NCBI GenBank assembly: GCA_963752285.1
Contig: CAVVXN010000005.1
Location: 1,088,001 to 1,152,000, forward strand
Length of the DNA: 64,000 nucleotides
From: an uncultured Planctomycetota bacterium
GTDB lineage: Bacteria; Planctomycetota; PLA2; JAEUHO01
Direction of reading: 5' to 3'
Made by a program: the position numbers and the translations under genes. Positions 56,289 to 64,000 of the stretch are shown in pieces. Positions within the stretch are counted from its first letter, which is position 1. Every line of letters begins with the position of its first letter. The notes below the pieces were generated by a model. The model did no database searches. It was not told the DNA's origin and saw only the letters and a list, made by a program, of their open reading frames with translations.

Positions 56289-57146
56289 CTACTCTCGGAG
56301 GTCGAAGACGACGTCGGAAGCGCCGCTCTCGATCGACTTCACGACGGGCACCGTGACGCGGCCCCGGGCGAACCACGCCGCCACCCGGTACGCGCCCTCC
56401 GGCAGCTCGGAGACGACGAACGATCCGTCCGCCCCGATCTTCGCGCGTCCGACCGCGAAGTGCGGGTAGGCCTCGACCGAGACCTCGACCCGCGGGAGCG
56501 ACTCCGCCGAGGCCACCAGGAGCCGGCCGCGGATCTGCCGACCCTCGGTCGCCAGAACGCGCTGCTCGTCCTCGCCCGTGCGAAGTCCGCCTCGACGAAC
56601 GGGATGGCCCTCGTCGGCGACGGCCCACACCTCGAGATCGCGATCCGACGGAAGTCGAACGAAGCGCGTCCAGCCGTCGGCGCGGATCGGCGCGTAGCGG
56701 ACCGGACGCCTTCCGTCGGGCTCCTGCCACACGAGACGCGCGTAGCGCGGCTCGCCCGGCGGCGCGACGTAGCCCTCGATTCGCAGGAAGAGCTCGGGAC
56801 CCGGGTCGAGCACGACCCGGAGATCGGCGACGCCCGCCGTGGTCTCGACCCGAACGCCCGCGGCCGAGGTCAGGTTCGCTTCGCCGGGGATCACGCGCAG
56901 CGTGAGCTTTCCCTCCGGAACGCCGTCGATCCGAAACCGCCCGTCGGGACCCGAACGCCACCACGCCACGCCGCCCGTCCGGTTCCGGTAGCCCTCGCGC
57001 GTGATCCATACGCCCGGAATCGCCCGGCCCTTGGCGTCCTGGACGACGCCGACGACGGTCGTGGCGGGACCCGCCACGACGACGCGGAAGGCGAACACGG
57101 TCGCGCACGCACATCCGACGAGAGTGAGGAGATCCCGGGCTCGCAC
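56289..57146 (-). CDS. Secreted carboxypeptidase-regulatory-like (prealbumin-fold) domain protein
   Basis: Signal peptide. 'VVGVVQDAKGRAIPG', 'DGRFRIDGVPEG', 'DGSFVVSELPEGAYRV'. Confidence 0.7.
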   Translation of the reverse strand: MRARDLLTLVGCACATVFAFRVVVAGPATTVVGVVQDAKGRAIPGVWITREGYRNRTGGVAWWRSGPDGRFRIDGVPEGKLTLRVIPGEANLTSAAGVRVETTAGVADLRVVLDPGPELFLRIEGYVAPPGEPRYARLVWQEPDGRRPVRYAPIRADGWTRFVRLPSDRDLEVWAVADEGHPVRRGGLRTGEDEQRVLATEGRQIRGRLLVASAESLPRVEVSVEAYPHFAVGRAKIGADGSFVVSELPEGAYRVAAWFARGRVTVPVVKSIESGASDVVFDLRE

Positions 57147-57441
57147 ACGGCAGATCGTGACTTCTTCTGCGATCGCTGGCAAGGGGCTGGTCCCGCCGGG
57201 ATGCGAAGACGCGGTTTCGTCGCCTCGAGCTCCTCTCAGCGGCCGTCTCGGGGGGTCGTGAGGCCTCGTCCGCGCTCCGGGAGAGGGTGCGGGTCCGCCG
57301 CCTCGGCGCCACGGACGCGATCGTGTTCGCCGCCGAGGTCCTCGCGAGCGTCGTTCCGGTCCGAGCCGGCCCACAGAGGGGCGGCCCTGCGTGTGCGGGC
57401 TCCGCCCGGCGGGCAGCGGTACATTCCCCGCCGGAGACTCG

Positions 57442-57870
57442 ATGACCCGCGAGAACCTGCAGGAGATCCTGGCCGCGCTCGTCCCGTTCGGGAAACAGCA
57501 GATCGAGGACCGCGGCGCGTGTCCGCCCGTCGCCGCGAGCCTCGACGGCGGAGGCGACATCGACCTCCACCTCCCCCCCGTCGGCGAGGGTGGCGAGTCC
57601 GGGGCGCTCCTCGACCTCCTCAAGGAGACGCTCCGCCAGGGCGTTCGGGAGGGGCGCTACGAGGCGACGGGACTCCTGATGGAGGTGCGCGCGGAGCGGA
57701 TGGGAGACCCCCACCCCGTGGACGCGCTCTGCATCCACCTGGAGGGCCCCGGCGAGGCGATCCAGTGCTTCGTCCCCTACGACCGGGACGACGACGGCGC
57801 GCCGGTGTGGGGCGAGACCTTCTTCGGCCCCGCCGACGCCGAGGTGTTCCCCGCGAACGGCGCGGCGTAG
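57442..57870 (+). CDS. Hypothetical protein
   Basis: GGAGA SD plus ATG. Globular composition 'DALCIHLE..CFVPY'. Confidence 0.7.
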   Translation: MTRENLQEILAALVPFGKQQIEDRGACPPVAASLDGGGDIDLHLPPVGEGGESGALLDLLKETLRQGVREGRYEATGLLMEVRAERMGDPHPVDALCIHLEGPGEAIQCFVPYDRDDDGAPVWGETFFGPADAEVFPANGAA

Positions 57871-58015
57871 CGCCACGAGGCCGGGTCGCAGCCGACGGGC
57901 GGGGTGCGAGGGTCCGGGGGGCCCCGGCGCGGGTGGACCGCGCGATCGCCGAGCGCGCGTCCCCGCGTGACGGCACGGCGCGCGGGCCCGCGCGACCGCG
58001 TGGCGCGCGACACAC

Positions 58016-59368
58016 CTACTCGACGTCGTAGTCCTTCATCTTCTCCCACAGGTTCTTGCGGGAGATCCCCAGCATGTGCGCCGCGTTCGCGCGGTGGCCG
58101 TTCGAGGCCTTGAGCGCGCGTCGGATCGCCTGCTTCTCGGACTCGCGCACGACCTCGCGCAGCGTCAGCACGGGGCCGCCGTCGGGCTCGTCGCCGGCGC
58201 GGCGCCGCCGGCGCGCGGCCTCCTCGAGCAGGTGGTCTCGCGTCAGCTCCTCGCGGGGACCCGCGAGGGCCACGGCGCGCTCCACGGCGTTCTCGAGCTC
58301 GCGCACGTTGCCCCGCCACGGGAAGGCGCAGAGCTCGGCCATCACCTCGGGCGGGATCGTGTGCGTGCGACCGCGGGCGTACTTCTCGAGGAAGTGCTCC
58401 ACGAGCAACGGCACGTCGCCGTCCCGTTCGCGGAGCGGCGGGAGGTTCACCGGAACGACGTTCAGGCGGTAGTAGAGGTCCTCGCGGAACTCGCCGTCCT
58501 CGACCGCTTCTCCGAGATCCACCTTCGTCGCGGCGATGACGCGCACGTCCACGGGGACCGCGTGGCGCGAGCCGAGGGGCTCCACCACGCCCTCCTGCAG
58601 GACGCGAAGCAGCTTCACCTGCGTCTCGAGCGGCATGTCGTCGATGTCGTCGAGGAAGAGCGTGCCGCTGTTCGCGAGCTCGAACTTGCCGGGCTTTCGT
58701 TCCTTCGCGTCCGTGAACGCGCCGCGCTCGTGCCCGAAGATCTCGTCCTCGAGCAGCGGCGCGGGAATCGCGGCGCAGGCGAGCGGCACGAACGGCCCCT
58801 TCGCGCGAGGCGAGATGTCGTGGATGGCGCGGGCCACGCGCTCCTTGCCCGTTCCCGACTCGCCCAGGATGAGCACGCGGGCGTCGGTGTCGGCGACGGT
58901 CCGGATCCGCTCGATGACCCGCTGCATCGCGGGGCTGCGGCCGATGATCTGCGCCAGGCCCTGCTCGCGGTCCAGGGCCTGCCGCAGTCGCGCGTTCTCG
59001 TCCTTGAGGCGGCGGAACTCCTCGATCTTCCCCAGGGCGACCAGGATCTCGTCGTTGTCGAAGGGTTTCAGGATGTAGTCGAAGGCGCCCTTCTTGATCG
59101 CGTCCACGGCCGACTCGATCGTGCCGTAGCCCGTGATGATCACGACCTCCGTGTCCTTGCCGGACGACTTGACCTCCTCCAGGAGCTCGACCCCGTTCGC
59201 CTGCGGCATCCGGATGTCGGTGACCAGGACGTCGTACTCCGCGGTCCTCAGGGCCTGGCGGGCCTGGCCCCCGTCGGAGACCACCTTCACCTGGTGGCCG
59301 GCGCGCGCCAGGTCGTCGGCCAGGGTGATGGCGATCGCACGTTCGTCGTCGGCGAGTAGGATCCGCAA
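58016..59368 (-). CDS. sigma54-dependent response regulator (NtrC/AtoC family)
   Basis: REC, 'GESGTGKE', 'GAFTDA', 'FREDLYYRL', 'GNVRELEN', HTH. Confidence 0.95.
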   Translation of the reverse strand: MRILLADDERAIAITLADDLARAGHQVKVVSDGGQARQALRTAEYDVLVTDIRMPQANGVELLEEVKSSGKDTEVVIITGYGTIESAVDAIKKGAFDYILKPFDNDEILVALGKIEEFRRLKDENARLRQALDREQGLAQIIGRSPAMQRVIERIRTVADTDARVLILGESGTGKERVARAIHDISPRAKGPFVPLACAAIPAPLLEDEIFGHERGAFTDAKERKPGKFELANSGTLFLDDIDDMPLETQVKLLRVLQEGVVEPLGSRHAVPVDVRVIAATKVDLGEAVEDGEFREDLYYRLNVVPVNLPPLRERDGDVPLLVEHFLEKYARGRTHTIPPEVMAELCAFPWRGNVRELENAVERAVALAGPREELTRDHLLEEAARRRRRAGDEPDGGPVLTLREVVRESEKQAIRRALKASNGHRANAAHMLGISRKNLWEKMKDYDVE

Positions 59369-59516
59369 GGCACGCCCTTCGCTTGGGATTCGGGTCGGGG
59401 GGAGCCGGATTGTATGCTCGGGCGGCCGTCCGGCCCGACGAACCTAAGGAGGCCAGGGGGGGATCGTGGGGGCAGGCAGGACTCGCCGCACTCCTCGGGA
59501 TCCCGATGGCGAGCAG

Positions 59517-60614
59517 ATGTCCCGCGAGGACCAGCGGCCGCCCCCGGCGAGCCGGCCCACGGCCCTGATCGTGGCGCCCCGGGGCGCGTTTCGCACGCGC
59601 CTCGAGGGGCTCCTCGAGGGCCTCGGCTACGAGGCCATCTCGGCCGACGAGCCCTACGCCGCGACCGACCGGTTCGCCGAGGTCCAGGCCGAGCTGGTGG
59701 TCGCCTCCCTGGAGGTCTTCCACCCCCGCGACCGCGGCTTCTTCCAGGCCGTCCGGCGTCGATCTCCCGCAACGCGGGTGGTGGTGCTCGTTCGTGAAGG
59801 TGAACGCGCGCGCGCCCGCGTGGCGCTGAAGGCGGGCGCGTCCTTCTCGCTGCCCTACCCCGAGCAGGACGTCGAGTGGCTGGGCCTCGCCCGGGCGCTC
59901 CAGCCCCCCGGCGCGATCCCCGGCGCCGCGGGGCGCGCGATGCTCTCCCGGCTCGCCGAGGAGTGGAACCACGCCGTCCGGAACCCGCTCCAGGTCGTTC
60001 GGCTCCTCGCCGACGATCCGAACCTCCCCGACAAGACCCGCCCCTCCCTCGTGCGCGCGGTCGAAGACATCCAGGACGGCCTCGCGCGCCTGCGTCGCAT
60101 CGCCACGATGCCGCCGCGGGAGGCCCGCCGGGTCCGCCTCGGGTCGTGCCTGGCCGCGGGCCTCGCGCCGCTCGTCGAGCAGGGGCGCGTGAAGGCGCCC
60201 GACCCGCCGCTCCGGCCCGGCCCGCTGATCACGGCGGACGAGGCGGCGCTCGCCCTCGCCTTCGAGGCGGCCGCCGACGCGCTCGCGGGTTCGCTCCCCG
60301 TCCAGGAGAAGGGGGGCGCGCCGGTCGTGGTCGAGGCCCGGATCGGTCGCCCGCGCCCCGATCCCCTCGGCCTCCTCTCGGACCGCGCCGCGCCGGCCGT
60401 CGTGGAGGCCAGGCTCCGGGTGCCCGGGCTCGACCTGACGCGCCGCGGCTTCGAGGAGCTCGCCGAGCACGTCCTCTGGCGCTCGGACGACCGGCGCGCG
60501 GTCCACTGGGGCCTCTGGCTCCCGCGGGAGCTCGTCCGCGCCGAGGGCGGCGTGCTGCTCCACCGCCGGCGGACCGGCGGGGGCGGCGTGGCGGTCGCGT
60601 TCCGACTCCGCTAG
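59517..60614 (+). CDS. Degenerate hybrid kinase (pseudo-REC + HisKA-like + degenerate HATPase)
   Basis: REC-like fold without the acidic residues. 'WNHAVRNPL'. No N/G boxes. Confidence 0.6.
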   Translation: MSREDQRPPPASRPTALIVAPRGAFRTRLEGLLEGLGYEAISADEPYAATDRFAEVQAELVVASLEVFHPRDRGFFQAVRRRSPATRVVVLVREGERARARVALKAGASFSLPYPEQDVEWLGLARALQPPGAIPGAAGRAMLSRLAEEWNHAVRNPLQVVRLLADDPNLPDKTRPSLVRAVEDIQDGLARLRRIATMPPREARRVRLGSCLAAGLAPLVEQGRVKAPDPPLRPGPLITADEAALALAFEAAADALAGSLPVQEKGGAPVVVEARIGRPRPDPLGLLSDRAAPAVVEARLRVPGLDLTRRGFEELAEHVLWRSDDRRAVHWGLWLPRELVRAEGGVLLHRRRTGGGGVAVAFRLR

Positions 60615-60678
60615 CCCTCGGCCCCGGCGTCCGGGGACGCGCGAAAGCCCCGCCCTCCCGCGACCGATCCAAGCGGGC

Positions 60679-62220
60679 ATGCGGCCCTTCCCGGCCCCGG
60701 ACGTGGACCGTCCGCACGTGCTCGTCGTGGACGACGAGGTCGAGATCCGCGACCTCCTCCAGCGGGTCCTCGAGCGGCAAGGTTACCGAGTCTCCGTCGA
60801 GAGCGACGGCCAACGCGCCCTCGACGGGCTCGCGGACGACGTCCGGCTCCTGATCACCGACCTCCGCATGCCGCGCATGGGCGGCCTGGACCTCGTCCGG
60901 TCGGCCCGGAGCATGCGGCCCGGCCTCGCGAGCATCGTGATCACCGCCTACGCCTCGACCGAGACCGCGGTGGAGGCGCTCCGCTTCGGGGTGGACGACT
61001 TCCTGACCAAGCCGTTCGGCGTGGACGACCTCACGCGTACCGTCGAGCGCGTCCTCAAGGCGCGCCGGCTCCAGGACCAGGAGCGCGACGCCCTCTACCT
61101 CGCGCAGGACGAGGCCGACCGGCTCCGCACCCGCGAGCAGGAGGCCCGTCGCGCGCTGGAGGACGCCGAGCGGGGCCTCGCCATCTCGCAGCGCGACCTC
61201 GAGCGGCGGGTCGAGGACCTGCACTTCGTGAGCGAGCTCCAGGCGCTCCTCGCGGGCGAGCAGGACCTGGAACGCCTCCTCGAACGCACGATCCGCGTGC
61301 TGGCCGCGCGCTTCCAGGCCGAGGGCGTGCGGGTGGACCTCGCGCTGTCCGACGGCGTCCACCGCGCCCGCCACGAGTCGGAGGATCTCCCCGACGGGGC
61401 GTTCGCCGTGGACTCGGACCTCCTCCGTCGCGCGCGCCTCGCGCCCGACGGCGTCGGCCGGGACGCGCTCCTCGTGCTCGGTCGTCCGTACGAGGTCCTC
61501 GCCGTGGCGGTGGACCTCGCGACGGGACCCGTCGGGTCCGTCGCGATCGCGCGGCCCCGTGCGGAGCGGGACGACCCGGCCGACCGCTTCCTCCTCTCGC
61601 TCGTGCCCCGTGCGCTGGCGGTGGGCATCGAGGCGGAGGCGAAGCGCCGCGACGCGGTGGACAAGGCGGTCCAGATCGCGACCTCGCTCCTCGACGCGCT
61701 GGAGGGCCGCGGGGTCCTGCCGCGCGGGCACGGCGAGCGGGTATCGAGCCTCGCGGGCGAGATGGCCCAGGCGCTCGGGCTCTCGCCGCGTCTCGAGGAG
61801 GTGGTCCGGACGGCCGGCCGGCTCCACGACGTGGGCGAGGTCGGGATCCCCGACCACGTGCTCTGCCGACCGGGCCGGCTCTCCGACCCCGAGCGCGAGC
61901 TCGTGCGCACGCACCCGGTGCTCGGCGCGCGGATCCTCGCGCCCTTCGGCGAGGCCGCGGCGTTCGTGCGCCACCACCACGAGCGTCCCGACGGTCGCGG
62001 CTGGCCCGACCGTCTCCGGGCGGAGGACATCCCCCTCGGCGCCGCCCTGATCGGGTGCGCCGAGGCCTACGACGCGATGACGCACCACCGCTCGTGGCGG
62101 CCCTCGCGGTCCCGCGACGCGGCCATCTCCGAGATCCAGCGGCTCAGCGGCCGGCAGTTCGTGCCCGAGGCCGTCGAGGCCCTCTGCCGCGTCGTCCGCA
62201 GGGAGACGTCCTCGTGGTGA
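60679..62220 (+). CDS. Response regulator with HD-GYP phosphodiesterase domain
   Basis: REC 'VVDDE..TDLRMP..KPF'. 'LHDVG', 'HHHERPDGRGWP', 'YDAMT'. Confidence 0.9.
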   Translation: MRPFPAPDVDRPHVLVVDDEVEIRDLLQRVLERQGYRVSVESDGQRALDGLADDVRLLITDLRMPRMGGLDLVRSARSMRPGLASIVITAYASTETAVEALRFGVDDFLTKPFGVDDLTRTVERVLKARRLQDQERDALYLAQDEADRLRTREQEARRALEDAERGLAISQRDLERRVEDLHFVSELQALLAGEQDLERLLERTIRVLAARFQAEGVRVDLALSDGVHRARHESEDLPDGAFAVDSDLLRRARLAPDGVGRDALLVLGRPYEVLAVAVDLATGPVGSVAIARPRAERDDPADRFLLSLVPRALAVGIEAEAKRRDAVDKAVQIATSLLDALEGRGVLPRGHGERVSSLAGEMAQALGLSPRLEEVVRTAGRLHDVGEVGIPDHVLCRPGRLSDPERELVRTHPVLGARILAPFGEAAAFVRHHHERPDGRGWPDRLRAEDIPLGAALIGCAEAYDAMTHHRSWRPSRSRDAAISEIQRLSGRQFVPEAVEALCRVVRRETSSW

Positions 62221-63602
62221 GCCTCGACGACGCCCTCCGCCACGCGTCCCCCGAGGAGCCGTGGCTCGCGCTCGGACGACGCGCGGCCCGACTGCTCCGC
62301 TCGCGACTCGAGGCCGAGGGGCAGGTCGGCGTGGTGCGAAACGTGCACGAGGCGGTCGAGGCCCTCGGCGATCGCCCGTGGGCGGGGCTCGTCGCCTCCT
62401 CGGAACGGTTGAGCCCGCGCCGGCGCGAGGCGCTCCGGGTCCTCGTCCGCCGCCTCGGCGCCCGTCCGCTCGTCGAGGTCCGGGCCGGGCTCCCCGTCGC
62501 GATCGACGGAGCGCTCGCGCGCGGCCGCCCCGCGCCGCCCCGGCCGGAGCGCGAGCTCCCGCGCGCCGACGCGGTGACGGCCGCGACCACCGGGCTCGAC
62601 CCCTTCGCGCGCGGCCTCCTCGAGCGACAGCAGGCCGAGGACCCGAGGCGCGCGGCCGAGCAGCTCGAGACGTACCTGCTCGAGACGCTCCGTCTGCGCC
62701 TCGGCGCCGCGCGCGCGAGCCTGCTTCGCGTCCTGCCCGACGGCCATCGGCTCGGGCTCGTGCGGGGCGTCGGCCTTCCCCCCGGACTCGTCGGCGTCGT
62801 GCACGGCGTCGTGGGGCGCGGCGTGGCGGGGACCGTCGCGGCGTCGGGCCGGCCGGCGACGGGACGCGCGACCTCCCTCCCGCACCGCGAATACGCCGGC
62901 CAGGGCTACGTGATCCTGCCGCTCGGCGCGGGACCCGACCTCCTCGGCGTCGTCTGCCTGACCGACCTGCCCCGCGACGACGTGCCCGACGAGCCGTCCC
63001 TCGCCCTCGCCAGCCAGATGGCGAGCGTCGGCGCCGAGGCGCTCCGCGTCGTCGAACGCATCGCGGCGGCCGAGAGCCTCGCGCGACGCGACGCGCTGAC
63101 CGGCCTTCCCAACCGACGCGCGTTCGAGGAGGCGGTGGCCCGCGAAGAGGAGCGCGCCCGCCGCGGCGGAGGCGGGTTCGCCATCGCCGTGTACGACGTG
63201 GACCGCTTCAAGCAGGTGAACGACCGCTACGGCCACCACCCCGCGGGCGATGCCGTCCTCCGGGCCGTCGCGAGCCGCCTCGAGGACGCGTTCCGCCAGG
63301 CGGACCTGGTGGCGCGCTGGGGCGGCGAGGAGTTCGCTGCGCTGCTGACGGGGGTCTCGGCCGACGTGGCGAGCGAGGTCTTCCACGCCGCGGACCGGGC
63401 GAGGTCGCTCGTCCGGCGGCAGGAGATCGAGCTCGGCCCGGGCCTCCCCCGGGTCCGGGCGACCGTCTCGGCGGGGGTCGCGCTCTACCCGGTCCACGGG
63501 CGGACGGCGGCGTCCGTCTTCGAGGCCGCCGACCGCGCGCTCTACGCCGCGAAGTCCGGCGGCCGGGACCGCGTCGAGCTTCCGGGATCGCCCGGCGCGT
63601 AG
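62217..63602 (+). CDS. GAF-GGDEF diguanylate cyclase
   Basis: 'DALTGLPNRR', 'DVDRFKQVNDRYGH', I-site RQAD, 'GGEEF', 'ADRALYAAK..GRDR'. Confidence 0.92.
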   Translation: MSLDDALRHASPEEPWLALGRRAARLLRSRLEAEGQVGVVRNVHEAVEALGDRPWAGLVASSERLSPRRREALRVLVRRLGARPLVEVRAGLPVAIDGALARGRPAPPRPERELPRADAVTAATTGLDPFARGLLERQQAEDPRRAAEQLETYLLETLRLRLGAARASLLRVLPDGHRLGLVRGVGLPPGLVGVVHGVVGRGVAGTVAASGRPATGRATSLPHREYAGQGYVILPLGAGPDLLGVVCLTDLPRDDVPDEPSLALASQMASVGAEALRVVERIAAAESLARRDALTGLPNRRAFEEAVAREEERARRGGGGFAIAVYDVDRFKQVNDRYGHHPAGDAVLRAVASRLEDAFRQADLVARWGGEEFAALLTGVSADVASEVFHAADRARSLVRRQEIELGPGLPRVRATVSAGVALYPVHGRTAASVFEAADRALYAAKSGGRDRVELPGSPGA

Positions 63603-63746
63603 GCTCCGCGACCCGTGCGGGGCAAGACGCCCCGTCGGTGTCCAGTCCCCGCGACGCGCGGGGCCCCGGCCCGCGATTTCCTCAAGCGGCGGCCGCCGAC
63701 GGTCGAAAGGTCCCCGTCGGGATTTCTCGACTGATGGGATCCGTCC

Positions 63747-64000
63747 ATGTCACGGCTCGAACCCGAGACCGGCTCCCCGCTCCCCCACCATGTCCTCGTC
63801 GTGGACGACAAGGCGGTCGTGCGGGACTTCCTCCGCGAGGTCCTGGAGCTCCAGGGCCACCGCGTCACCACGGTCGGCGACGGCCTGGCCGCGCTCGAGG
63901 TCTGTCGCCGCGACACCCCGCAGGTCGTGCTGACCGACCTCCAGATGAGCCCGATGCCCGGCCGCGAGCTGATCCTCGCGCTCGAGCAGGAGTGCCCCTC
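63747..64000 (+). CDS. Response regulator receiver protein (3'-truncated by window)
   Basis: 'HVLVVDDKAVVRDFL..VVLTDLQMSPMPG'. Confidence 0.85.
   Translation, partial: MSRLEPETGSPLPHHVLVVDDKAVVRDFLREVLELQGHRVTTVGDGLAALEVCRRDTPQVVLTDLQMSPMPGRELILALEQECP

Overview
Very GC-rich bacterial chromosome segment, probably Planctomycetota. That assignment is inferred from the planctomycete-type pilin domain, the TsaC-LMW phosphatase fusion, mqnA and the gspDEFG-type cluster. Positions 1801-11676 are a ~9.8 kb integrative element bounded by a 51/52-bp direct repeat of the 3' part of tRNA-Asn(GTT). It looks like a phage satellite. It carries a tyrosine integrase, RHH and Xis/AlpA-type HTH genes, a DnaB-N/AAA helicase ending in an iteron array, two unrelated terminase-small-subunit-like genes and a HigB/HTH/SecB toxin-antitoxin-chaperone operon. 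No capsid, portal or TerL gene is recognisable. Many of its genes carry 1-bp indels, whereas the core genes read cleanly. Left of the element is the tail of a WD40/STAND-type protein fused to a pilin-like domain. The rest is mostly core genome: ppx, ppk2, accD, rpe, gap, tilS, tatA, yggS, an FHA-Ser/Thr kinase, yggU, dnaK with a sigma54 two-component pair, a tsaC fusion, rpsU, gspD-J, serS, mqnA, nadD, miaA, a PafB-like WYL gene, MATE, ald and a c-di-GMP signalling cluster. tRNA-Val(GAC) is followed by five tandem 149-bp units. Each unit repeats the tRNA 3' end (T-loop to CCA) and holds a structured module closed by an anti-T-loop inverted repeat, with one apparent compensatory change. All calls come from motif recognition by eye; no database searches were run.
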